From contig JBBQUW010000010.1 of assembly GCA_038212095.1 (NCBI GenBank), positions 11,084-75,083 on the forward strand: DNA of 64,000 nucleotides. The letters run 5' to 3'. The translations under genes and the position numbers were made by a program. Under the pieces are notes generated by a model, which was not told the origin of the DNA, made no database searches, and saw nothing but the letters and a program-made list of their open reading frames with translations. Shown here in pieces: positions 40,199 through 48,374 of the stretch. Numbering within the stretch: position 1 is the first letter of the stretch; each line of letters begins with the position of its first letter. The DNA is from Gaiellales bacterium (GTDB lineage Bacteria > Actinomycetota > Thermoleophilia > Gaiellales > JAICJC01).

Positions 40199-40999
40199 AT
40201 GCGATCACGCGTCCTGCGAGCCAGAGACTGCGCCCGGGCACTGTGGCTGCTGGGCCTCCAGCCCCCGGTCGAGGCGGACGAGCTTGCCCGTGCCTGGAAG
40301 GCGCGCGTTGCGCGCAGCCACCCCGACCTGCACGCCATGTCGGAGGCCCGCAGCGAGGCGGCGACCGTGCTGACGCGTGCGCTCAACGATGCCCGCGACA
40401 CCGTGGCCGCGTGGATTGCGAGCGGCCGCGAGTGGCCAGAACCCTCGATGGGCGGCCGCCGGCCACCGCCCCGCCGCCGGCCGTCGGCCGAGCCGCCTTC
40501 GGCGACGGTCTGCAGCCGCACCGGCCTTCGGGCGGGTGACCGGGTGCGGGTGTGGCCGTACGTGAGCGACCCGGTGGTCGTGCGGGGGACGGAGCTCGAG
40601 CCGGGTGCGGGCGTCGTGTGGGTGTTGCTGGCCGACGATCAGGCCGCTCCCGCCGATCGGGTGCGGCTGGCCTCGTTCGGCTGCCCCGTGTGCGGTGCCT
40701 GCGAGGGCCCGGCCGGCGATCCGGTGGTGACCCGCCCGTGCGGCGACTGTTTGGCCGATCTGCGCCGGCTCGATCAGCGTCCTTCCGACGCCGCGCGCAT
40801 CCGCACGGCGATCGAGGCCCGCTCCGAGGCGGGCCGCGCCACCGCGCGCACGCTGGACAGCGAGTGGCTGGCGCAGCGGGCGACCGATCGTGGGCGCTGG
40901 GCGAGACGGCTCAAGATGGCCGGCCCAGACGACCTGTACGCGGCGCTGCTGAGCGCATTCACGCAGGCCTTCGAGCGATGGTCGGCGCCGGTCACGTAG
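40199..40999 (+). CDS. J-domain-like protein with HPD motif and Cys cluster
   Basis: N-terminus LLGLQPPVEADELARAWKARVARSHPDLH (J-domain helix II-HPD pattern). Later FGCPVCGACEG...RPCGDC. No further family recognised. Confidence 0.55.
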   Translation: MRSRVLRARDCARALWLLGLQPPVEADELARAWKARVARSHPDLHAMSEARSEAATVLTRALNDARDTVAAWIASGREWPEPSMGGRRPPPRRRPSAEPPSATVCSRTGLRAGDRVRVWPYVSDPVVVRGTELEPGAGVVWVLLADDQAAPADRVRLASFGCPVCGACEGPAGDPVVTRPCGDCLADLRRLDQRPSDAARIRTAIEARSEAGRATARTLDSEWLAQRATDRGRWARRLKMAGPDDLYAALLSAFTQAFERWSAPVT

Positions 41000-41094
41000 G
41001 GGCACCATGGTAAAATCGTGACGCGTCGGTCAAGCAGCGGCCGCGCCTGCGCGCCAGCATGTCTCTCACGCCGACGTCGCGAAGGAGCACCACC

Positions 41095-41805
41095 ATGGCG
41101 GAATCGAGCCGGAACGAACCGATCGTTGTGTCCGATATGGCCGAAGGCCGCTGGTTGGTCACGCTCAGCGGGGAGCACGACCTCTCGACCGCGGGCGACC
41201 TGCGTCAGCATCTGGAGCCGATCTTTCGTAGCGGAAGAGCGCTGGTGATCGACCTCGTTGCGGCCGGCTTCATCGACTCGTCGATCCTGGGGGTGCTGGT
41301 CGAGGCCAAGCAGCGTTCCGAGGACTCGGCCTGCACGCACCTGGCGCTCGTGGTCACTCCTGGCACGGCTCCCGATCGGCTGCTCGACCTGACCGGCCTG
41401 CGCCGCGCGTTCATGATCTTCGAGTCGGTCGATGCCGCGTTTGCCAGCTTCGAGGAGGCGGTCCGCAACGAGCCGGCCGCCTCCCAGCTGTGGTCTGCCC
41501 GAAACCACCGCATCGTCAAGAACGAGCAGACGTTCCGCGACTACAACAACCGCCGCATGGCGTCCGAGCCGATCGAGCCCACGGATGACGACGAGCTGAT
41601 CCCGTTCGTGTGCGAGTGCGGCGACTCCGACTGCATCGAGGCGCTGTTGATCACCGCCGCCAGCTTCACCGAGGCGCACTCAGCGCCGAACAGGTTCCTC
41701 GTCAAGCCCGGCCACGTCTACCCAGACGTGGAGCGCGTGATCATCATCGAGGAAAACTTCCTGGTGGTCGAGAAGGTCGCCGCGATCGTCAACGAGGCGT
41801 CGTAG
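41095..41805 (+). CDS. STAS-domain (anti-sigma-factor-antagonist-like) protein with uncharacterised C-terminal domain
   Basis: Start moved to ATG 41095, 7 nt after GAAGGAG. STAS pattern LSGEHDLSTAGDLRQHLEPIF...LVIDLVAAGFIDSSILGVLV. The C-terminal half contains CECGDSDC. Confidence 0.65.
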   Translation: MAESSRNEPIVVSDMAEGRWLVTLSGEHDLSTAGDLRQHLEPIFRSGRALVIDLVAAGFIDSSILGVLVEAKQRSEDSACTHLALVVTPGTAPDRLLDLTGLRRAFMIFESVDAAFASFEEAVRNEPAASQLWSARNHRIVKNEQTFRDYNNRRMASEPIEPTDDDELIPFVCECGDSDCIEALLITAASFTEAHSAPNRFLVKPGHVYPDVERVIIIEENFLVVEKVAAIVNEAS

Positions 41806-42289
41806 AGCCAACGCCGGGGCTCGTGGGTGAGTCGTCACCCGCCGGCACGACCACGTGGGCGTCGGCGTTGCGATGGGCCCTGTAGCCGGCGTACGCGCCC
41901 GCTCCGACCATGCCGGCGCCAACCACGAGCCTGCCGATCCGTCCTCGCCGCGAATGCTGCTGCTCGGTTGCCGCGAGACCGGCCGACATCGCTGCCGCTG
42001 CAGCCTGGAGCTCGCGCAGCACTCCGGGATCAGTTGCCGCGCGGGTCGCTCCCAGCGCACGGGCGCGCTTTGCCGCCCGGCCTGCTGCGTCCAGGGCGAG
42101 GCGACCCTGTCGTTTCGCATGAGGATCGTTGGCGAACCGTTCCGCCGTGACCTTGGCCCGCTTCACGCCGGTAGCCACAGCGGCGGCGCCACCAGGTCGG
42201 CGCGCCGCGGCGCGGGCAACTCGTATCAGCGGCTTTCGGTTGCGGATCGCAAACATCAGAGCAGCTCGGGCTATCCATTTTTGAATCAT
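41789..42289 (-). CDS. hypothetical protein with one C-terminal TM segment
   Basis: 166-aa ATG ORF with an Ala/Arg-rich helical region, then IGRLVVGAGMVGAGAYAGY. It overlaps the convergent STAS gene by 17 nt. Confidence 0.45.
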   Translation of the reverse strand: MIQKWIARAALMFAIRNRKPLIRVARAAARRPGGAAAVATGVKRAKVTAERFANDPHAKRQGRLALDAAGRAAKRARALGATRAATDPGVLRELQAAAAAMSAGLAATEQQHSRRGRIGRLVVGAGMVGAGAYAGYRAHRNADAHVVVPAGDDSPTSPGVGSTTPR

Positions 42290-42419
42290 GCTTCATGTGT
42301 ACCCGGCCCTGGCCGCGGTCAAACCTGCTGGGCACGCCAGGGGCGCGCTCGCCCGGTGGTAGGTGGCGCGCTCGGTTGCTCTTCCCGCCCGGGCGAACCG
42401 GGTGTACAACTGCAGTCAG

Positions 42420-43820
42420 GTGAGACGGCGTGTGGCACTTCTGTGGCTTCTGTGGGGGCTCTGTGGCCCCGCAGCGATGGCGTGGGCAGGCGACTGGCCG
42501 GCGTACCTGGGTGGCGTCGAGCACAGCTCCTCGTCACCTGAGTCGGCGATTACGCTGGCCAACGCGGCAACGCTGACAACGGCGTGGAGCTGGACGATTC
42601 CGACGGCGGCCACCGGCCAGCCGGCGGCGCGGCTGTTCGCGAGCCCGACTGTGGCCGGCGGGATGGTGTTCATCGGATCGAACACCGGCGTCTTCTACGC
42701 CAGGTCGGTGGCGACCGGTGGCGGCGTCTGGTCTCAGAACCTCGGCCACACGAGCACGCTCACCTGCCAGGGCCGCGGCATCACGGCCACCGCCACGGTC
42801 GCGTCCGATCCCACCCGAGGGGGAGCGGCGACCGTCTATGTGACAGGCCCTACCGACAAGATGTTTGCCCTTGACGCAGCCACTGGCGCGGTGATCTGGA
42901 AGCGCCAGATCGCGCCCGTATCCGCCACCGCGAACGCCTACTATGGCTGGTCGTCGCCAACAGTCGTGGCCGGGCACGTCTATGTCGGCTTGGCGTCGCA
43001 ATGTGACAATCCTCTGGTGCGGGGCGGAGTGGTCGAGCTCGATCAGGCGACCGGTACCGTGCTGCACCGCCACTGGACGATCGGACTGGGCAAGGTCGGT
43101 GCCGGGGTCTGGACGAGCGTGGCGGCGACGCCGGACGGGGCATCGGTCTACGCCACCACAGGAAACGGCGACGAGATCCCCGGCGACGACCAGGGCGAGG
43201 GGTACTCGCTGCTGCGACTGGATGGCACGACGATGGGGCGCACCAGCATATGGACGGTACCCGGCAGCGCCCGGCCCGGCGATTCGGATTTCGGCGCGTC
43301 ACCGACGCTGTTCACGGCCGCCATCTCCGGCACTCCCACCACGCTGGTCGCAGCCTGCAACAAAAACGGCGTGCTCTACGTCTGGCGCGCGGGCACGCCG
43401 TCGGCCGGCCCGCTCTGGCAGACCCGCATCGACGACGGCGGACCGAACGCGAACTGTCTCGCAAGCAGCATCGTCGACGGCACTGCCCTGTATCAGGCAG
43501 GCGGATCCACCAGCATCAACGGCGCCGCCGTGAGTGGATCGGTGTCGCGACTCGACCCGGCCACCGGACAGACCGTCTGGCAGATCGCGCTGCCTGCCCC
43601 GGTATTCGGGACGGGGTCGATCGATCAGGCGGGCGTGCTGGCCATACCGCTGTATGGGTCGTCCACCAACGGCGGCGTGCAGCTGCTAGACGCGACCACC
43701 GGTGCGGAAATCACCCGCCTCGGCACCGGCAGCGTGTATGCCCAGCCACTCTTCAGCAACGGCCAACTGCTCGTCGCGACCGTTGCGGGCACCCTGACCG
43801 CCTACGCACCTACCCCGTGA
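42420..43820 (+). CDS. secreted PQQ-like (BamB-like) beta-propeller repeat protein
   Basis: Start moved to GTG 42420, giving signal peptide VRRRVALLWLLWGLCGPAAMAWA. Repeated G-x-V(Y/F)..D..(L/F)(Y/F)ALDAATGAVIW type blades. Confidence 0.8.
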   Translation: MRRRVALLWLLWGLCGPAAMAWAGDWPAYLGGVEHSSSSPESAITLANAATLTTAWSWTIPTAATGQPAARLFASPTVAGGMVFIGSNTGVFYARSVATGGGVWSQNLGHTSTLTCQGRGITATATVASDPTRGGAATVYVTGPTDKMFALDAATGAVIWKRQIAPVSATANAYYGWSSPTVVAGHVYVGLASQCDNPLVRGGVVELDQATGTVLHRHWTIGLGKVGAGVWTSVAATPDGASVYATTGNGDEIPGDDQGEGYSLLRLDGTTMGRTSIWTVPGSARPGDSDFGASPTLFTAAISGTPTTLVAACNKNGVLYVWRAGTPSAGPLWQTRIDDGGPNANCLASSIVDGTALYQAGGSTSINGAAVSGSVSRLDPATGQTVWQIALPAPVFGTGSIDQAGVLAIPLYGSSTNGGVQLLDATTGAEITRLGTGSVYAQPLFSNGQLLVATVAGTLTAYAPTP

Positions 43821-43835
43821 GCGCGTCAATCAGTT

Positions 43836-43864
43836 GGGGTCACGAGCCGGCAAGGCTCGTGACC
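43836..43864 (+). terminator. perfect 12-bp hairpin after the propeller gene (possible bidirectional terminator)
   Basis: GGGTCACGAGCC-GGCAA-GGCTCGTGACCC, 16 nt after the stop. It is followed by GTTCTCC, so there is no clear U-tract. Confidence 0.45.
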
Positions 43865-44232
43865 CGTTCTCCAGACGGCTCAGCGCTGCGGCGTGCGCCG
43901 CGACCGCCACGCAGCGTCCACGAGCGACTCTTTTAGCCGCAGGCGCGTCGTCGCGAGCGTGACGTCGTGCTCGCGCTTCACCGCCGAGGCCGCCCTCTGA
44001 TTGGATTGCTTCGTGCCTGACATCTTTCCGCCCATTCCCGCGCGTACCGAATATTGAAACGCCGTCTCTCGCTTTGGGCGCGACGCCGGATCCGGGTCAT
44101 GCCTCCTCCGTGCCCGTCGCAGACCATGCGGGGTCGGACAGGGGCGTGGCGCTGCTCGTGGTTGGGTTGACCGACCTTTGGGGGCGGTGTATGGTCGGCG
44201 GCGCTCCACTGTCAAACCACCGGGGGGTCGGG

Positions 44233-45174
44233 ATGAGACGGGTACGCTGGGGTGCGGTGTGTGTGCTGGTTGTGACCGGAGCGTTGGGGTTCGCCACGCC
44301 GGCCTCTGCGACGACTCCGGGCAACAACGGCCGGATTGTGTTCGGCGCAGCCACCGAGAATGGCAGCGTCCAGTTGTTCGTCATCGGCCCGCACGGCGAC
44401 GGGCTGCATCAGATCACACACGTGAACGGCGACGCGGTGCACCCAGACTGGTCACCGAACGGTCGCTGGATCGTATTCGAACTCGACGGCCCCGTCCGGT
44501 GCGACGTCGTCCTGATGCGACCCGACGGCGAGCACATGCGAACATTGCCTGCGCCGCCGGGAAGCGTGTGCGATGCTCAGCCGTCGTTCACGCCGGCAGG
44601 AGGACGAATCCTGTTTGACAGCTTCAACGCATCGCAGAACGACGAGGCGATCTGGGTCGAACGCCTGGATGGGTCTCACCAGCGTCGACTCGGAAGAGGC
44701 GGCGCATTCGGTGCGACCGACCCGAACGCCTCACCGGATGGGCTGCGGATGACGTTCGTCGCGTTCAACGGACACGATCTCGGCCAGGGCCTGATGCGGA
44801 CCGGCATAAACGGCCACCATCCGAAGCTGCTCCTTCCCTACAGCTTCGACGTGGCGATCAAGCATGACTGGGCGCCGAACGGCCGGCGGATCGTGTTCAC
44901 CAAGTATGCGGATACCTTCGACTTCTCAGCGAACATCGGCACGGTCCGGCCGGATGGCACTCACCTGCGCTGGCTCACCCATTACACCGACCCAGATGTC
45001 CGCGCTTACGTCGGCGGCTACTCCCCCGACGGTCAATGGATCGTGTTCCGCCTCGAGAACCACGGCAGATACGCACTGATGCGGATGCACCCAGACGGCA
45101 CTCACAAGCGAGTCATCCTGCCTCTCTCAGACTTCCGCCCACGCTACATCGACTGGGGTGCCACCCCACGGTAA
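44233..45174 (+). CDS. secreted PD40/TolB-like beta-propeller repeat protein
   Basis: Trimmed to ATG 44233 (MRRVRWGAVCVLVVTGALGFATPASA signal). Repeats HPDWSPNGRWIVFE, ASPDGLRMTFV, DWAPNGRRIVFT, YSPDGQWIVFRL. Confidence 0.75.
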   Translation: MRRVRWGAVCVLVVTGALGFATPASATTPGNNGRIVFGAATENGSVQLFVIGPHGDGLHQITHVNGDAVHPDWSPNGRWIVFELDGPVRCDVVLMRPDGEHMRTLPAPPGSVCDAQPSFTPAGGRILFDSFNASQNDEAIWVERLDGSHQRRLGRGGAFGATDPNASPDGLRMTFVAFNGHDLGQGLMRTGINGHHPKLLLPYSFDVAIKHDWAPNGRRIVFTKYADTFDFSANIGTVRPDGTHLRWLTHYTDPDVRAYVGGYSPDGQWIVFRLENHGRYALMRMHPDGTHKRVILPLSDFRPRYIDWGATPR

Positions 45175-45234
45175 CTCGAGTAACCGAATCGTGGCGGCCG
45201 GGTCCGGCCGCCGAGACGACCGAGGAGGTCAGTC

Positions 45235-45771
45235 ATGCGCAAGGGGATAGCTGTCGTGATATCGATCGCGGCCGTGTCCGCGGCGCTGGTTTCGATCAGC
45301 GCAGGGGGCGCGTCAGCCTCGAACAGTCGGCCGACGTTCAAACCGTGGGGCCACTCCCCCACCGCTGCCCGCGGCGGGGCCGCCCTGACCACCGCTGACG
45401 GCGTGCAGAGGCTCGTGCTGAACACCAAGAGCGGGCAGTTCAAGCCGATCGATGCCGACCACAGCGGCAGCGATTCGGTCGGCGACTACTTCCTGTTCAC
45501 GGAGACGTTGTGGAACGCGGGCGGAGATCGGATCGGCAACGTCCGGGCGACCTGCACGCACCACTTCAACGGGTCGCTCTGCCAGGCGAGCATCCGGCTC
45601 GCCGGTCGCGGCACGCTGCAGGTTGCAGGTTTGATCACCAGGCGCAACGGGCTGCTCGCCGTGACCGGCGGTACCGGTGATTTCTCTGATGCCGGCGGAG
45701 AGATGGACACATCGGCCGACAATGGAGGCACCACCGGGCAGCTGGTGATCTCGCTGCGGCACCTGGCCTGA
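45235..45771 (+). CDS. secreted hypothetical protein (dirigent / allene-oxide-cyclase-barrel-like, tentative)
   Basis: ATG preceded by GAGGAGG. Signal peptide MRKGIAVVISIAAVSAALVSISAGGASA. The body GDYFLFTETLWNAGGDRIG...AVTGGTGDFSDAGGEM resembles the AOC-barrel pattern. Confidence 0.6.
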   Translation: MRKGIAVVISIAAVSAALVSISAGGASASNSRPTFKPWGHSPTAARGGAALTTADGVQRLVLNTKSGQFKPIDADHSGSDSVGDYFLFTETLWNAGGDRIGNVRATCTHHFNGSLCQASIRLAGRGTLQVAGLITRRNGLLAVTGGTGDFSDAGGEMDTSADNGGTTGQLVISLRHLA

Positions 45772-45852
45772 TCGAGGTCGAGCCGGGGGAACCAGCCATT
45801 CCCCCCGGCTCACCAGGCGCACGGGTGGGTTGCCGCTCTGCCTTCTTGCATG

Positions 45853-45881
45853 TTGACTTTTTTGTTATGCCCGCGTACGGT
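45853..45881 (+). promoter_or_regulatory. predicted promoter driving a leaderless transcript
   Basis: TTGACT - 17 nt - TACGGT. The GTG at 45888 lies 6 nt after the -10 box. Confidence 0.4.
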
Positions 45882-45887
45882 CGGGGG

Positions 45888-46088
45888 GTGGACATAGCTC
45901 GGTATCGCGCCACGCTCCAGGCGCTCACCGAGGCTCGTCGGTCGGCCGTGACAGCGATGCTGTGCGGCGACGTTGACGATGCCGAGCGGGAGCAGTGGCA
46001 TTGGATCATAGAACTGCTCGACTCGATCGAGCGGGCGTCGCGACGATCGCTGCGGCAAACCATCGTGGTCGCCGAACCGCGAGGATGA
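45888..46088 (+). CDS. small hypothetical protein (66 aa), probably leaderless
   Basis: VDIARYRATLQALTEARRSAVTAMLCGDVDDAEREQWHWIIELLDSIERASRRSL..., helical-looking. Starts at the predicted transcription start site. Confidence 0.4.
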   Translation: MDIARYRATLQALTEARRSAVTAMLCGDVDDAEREQWHWIIELLDSIERASRRSLRQTIVVAEPRG

Positions 46089-46130
46089 ACCCGCGCCGCG
46101 CATCCGAAGCTGGGGCCACACCCACGGGCG

Positions 46131-46343
46131 TTGCCAGACCAGCGCCCGACGTGGTTGACTTGCGCTGTGTCGTGTGACGTCAAGAAACCGCGGGGCTGCA
46201 AGCGCGACGCGATCGCCCACGTGTGGGTCGTCTCGTCTGGCCGCCGAATCAGGGTCGCGCTGTGCGAAGCTCACCTCGCCGAATACGATCACCTGCCGGA
46301 CGCCGAGCGGCTCCAGTTCGCCGAGTGCCACGGCATGCGCTAG
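46131..46343 (+). CDS. small Cys/His-containing hypothetical protein (70 aa)
   Basis: ATG ORF ...CAVSCDVKKPRGCKRDAIAHVWVVSSGRRIRVALCEAHLAEYDHL...ECH, followed by a strong hairpin. No family recognised. Confidence 0.4.
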   Translation: MPDQRPTWLTCAVSCDVKKPRGCKRDAIAHVWVVSSGRRIRVALCEAHLAEYDHLPDAERLQFAECHGMR

Positions 46344-46366
46344 CGCCGCCGGCCGAGCGCGAAGCG

Positions 46367-46401
46367 GCGCCGATGCACTCAGGGTGAGGATGCATCGGCG
46401 C
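46367..46401 (+). terminator. perfect 11-bp hairpin after the small ORF
   Basis: GCGCCGATGCA - 13 nt - TGCATCGGCGC, 24 nt after the stop at 46343. No U-tract. Confidence 0.4.
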
Positions 46402-46879
46402 GCTTGGCGCGTACGCCGCCTGACACGGGAGCCCACAAACGGTCAGGAGCGGCACCTTCGACGATACGAGGCTCAGGGATCATGTCAACTCTCTCAACGT
46501 GCGGGATCCTGGAGTTGGGGTCGAGCGGGCGTTGGAGCGCATCGGGCCGAGCGCTGAGGACGTCGTGTTGTGGCGAAGTATGTGCCAGCCAGCTGTTGGT
46601 AAGGGCCGCGGTGTCGCCGGGCTGCCGCCGATGCGTCGCGGCTTGTACGGGCATAGCGAACTGCATCGACGTGCGCGCGCCGAAGTCGCGGGGCTCGATG
46701 CCCAAGCCGCCGGGTAGCGCGCCGCGCTCACCGGCACTCCCATGCCCATGGTGGTGCCCCAGATCACCCCGACCCCTACCCACTCGCGCGCTTAGCGTCG
46801 CCGAAGATCGGGGAGAGCTCTCTTGATCGTTTCTGGGCTGGCTGGTACAGTCGCAGCGTCTCGGAGGGGCGGTGCAGGC

Positions 46880-48007
46880 GTGAGATCCAGGTCGTGGACG
46901 GCTGGTCTTGGTGTGGGCTTGCTGTGCGCGATAGTGGTAGCGCCGACGGCTTCTGCATCGACGGACGTGGTGGCGAACGCGGGTTTCGAGACCGGGAACG
47001 TGACGGGGTGGATCGCATCGCCGGCACCGGGTGGGGCGGTCTCGGTCGTATCGAGCTTCGGGTATGCCGATGGTTGTGGCGATACCTTTCTAGGGCAGAC
47101 GTGGGCGCCGGTCGATGGGTCGAGCTTCGCGCTTCTCAACGCTGGGTCGGCGGCCGGCGGTAATTACACGATCCTCGACCAAGCGGTTCGCGTGACGGCG
47201 GGCTCGACGATCTCGGGACTCGCCTTCCTCTGTTCCAGCGAGACGTATGCCAACAACACTGCGCCATTCGATGATGACGCCGAGATCGCGATACGCAAGT
47301 CAGGAGTTGACACAGCAGTCGTCTACAGGGATCACGCTCGAGCCGAGTTGCCGTGCGGGTACACCGGATCAATTCCGATCCCAGGACAGACGGTGTGCAG
47401 CGGGCTAGGGAACCCGGCGTGGGCCCTGCAATGGTCGTACACCTTCCCCAGCACCGGGACGTATACGGTCGAAGCACGCGTCGAAAACGTCGGCGACGCG
47501 CTCTTACCGACGTGGCTGGGCGTGGACGCGGTGCGCCTGGTCTCGGCCCAGACGTTCGCGCCACTGTCAGGGATCACCGGTAGCACAGTGACGATTACCG
47601 GCACCGATCTTGGCGGCGCGACCGCGGTGGACTTCGCCGGCCTGGCCGCGCGCTTCATGGTGCTCTCCCCAACCCAGGTGCGCGTCACCGTTCCGGTCGG
47701 TGCCAGCAGTGGCCGGATCGCGGTGACAACGCCGGACGGCATAGCGACCTCCCAGTACGGCTACGCCGTCACCCTGTCGATCTGGACTCGCAGCCCTGCA
47801 AAGGCCGCTCCTGGATCATCGGTGACCTTGACCGGCGTCGGCTTCGCGAACGCGTCAGCCGTCGCATTCGCGGGTACACCGGCCCAGTTCACCATCCTCT
47901 CCGACGGCCGCATCAGCACCATCGTGCCCGCCGGCGCCACATCGGGCCCGATCACCGTCACGACACCGCTCGGCACCGTTCGCAGCAAGAAGTTCACCGT
48001 AGCCTGA
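46880..48007 (+). CDS. secreted protein: CBM-like N-terminal domain plus two IPT/TIG domains
   Basis: Start moved to GTG 46880 (signal VRSRSWTAGLGVGLLCAIVVAPTASAS). ANAGFETGNVTGW is a CBM4/9-type opening. Two repeats follow: GSTVTITGTDLGGATAVDFAG...RVTVPVGASSGRIAVTTPDG and GSSVTLTGVGFANASAVAFAG...STIVPAGATSGPITVTTPLG. Confidence 0.7.
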   Translation: MRSRSWTAGLGVGLLCAIVVAPTASASTDVVANAGFETGNVTGWIASPAPGGAVSVVSSFGYADGCGDTFLGQTWAPVDGSSFALLNAGSAAGGNYTILDQAVRVTAGSTISGLAFLCSSETYANNTAPFDDDAEIAIRKSGVDTAVVYRDHARAELPCGYTGSIPIPGQTVCSGLGNPAWALQWSYTFPSTGTYTVEARVENVGDALLPTWLGVDAVRLVSAQTFAPLSGITGSTVTITGTDLGGATAVDFAGLAARFMVLSPTQVRVTVPVGASSGRIAVTTPDGIATSQYGYAVTLSIWTRSPAKAAPGSSVTLTGVGFANASAVAFAGTPAQFTILSDGRISTIVPAGATSGPITVTTPLGTVRSKKFTVA

Positions 48008-48244
48008 ACTCCCTGTAGCGCGTACGCCCGCGCCTAGTCGCGGCTCCGGTCGGAGCCGCGATCGACGCTAAACTTGCTACGCCCACGTCTTCGCCGATGC
48101 ACAGATCCGTACCGCGGTGCAGATTGGGGACGCTGTACAGACGGACCGGTTGGGTGTGCGCAATATGTGCGTAACGGCCGAAGGCGCCGGCTCCGGCAGG
48201 CGACCCCACTCTCGTGAGGCCGCCGCCAGAACCGTTTCCGGTTA

Positions 48245-48317
48245 TGGGCGGTACTGGGCTCGAACCAGTGACCCCCAGCTTGTCGAGCTGGTGCTCTCCC
48301 AACTGAGCTAACCGCCC
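48245..48317 (-). tRNA. tRNA-Val (anticodon GAC), no encoded CCA
   Basis: GGGCGGT-TA-GCTC-AGTTGGGA-GAGC-A-CCAGC-TCGACAA-GCTGG-GGGTC-ACTGG-TTCGAGC-CCAGT-ACCGCCC-A. All four arms pair perfectly. The anticodon loop reads U-C-G-A-C-A-A. Confidence 0.9.
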
Positions 48318-48374
48318 TCGTGTCCGCCGCGCGGACGGCACGATTCTAGACGACCGACCGGCGGCCCGTTCCGG

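Noticed and set aside
43880-44215. 111-aa minus-strand ORF. Its internal ATG (44023) would give a 47-aa Lys/Arg-rich peptide ending next to the 43836-43864 hairpin.
   Set aside because: It has no family, a weak SD, and an upstream part that is Arg/Pro-rich shadow-like. It could be a real small protein, but I cannot support it from sequence alone.
46379-46826. Overlapping ORFs 46379-46783 (-), 46480-46767 (-), 46404-46826 (+), 46499-46717 (+).
   Set aside because: They are mutually exclusive, none has a recognisable domain or convincing third-position bias, and the region is compositionally atypical. They are treated as unassigned in the orphan-patch finding.
47994-48341. 115-aa ORF on the minus strand.
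   Set aside because: It reads straight through the tRNA-Val gene (LAQLGEHQLDKLGVTGSSPV is the tRNA translated). It has no independent support.
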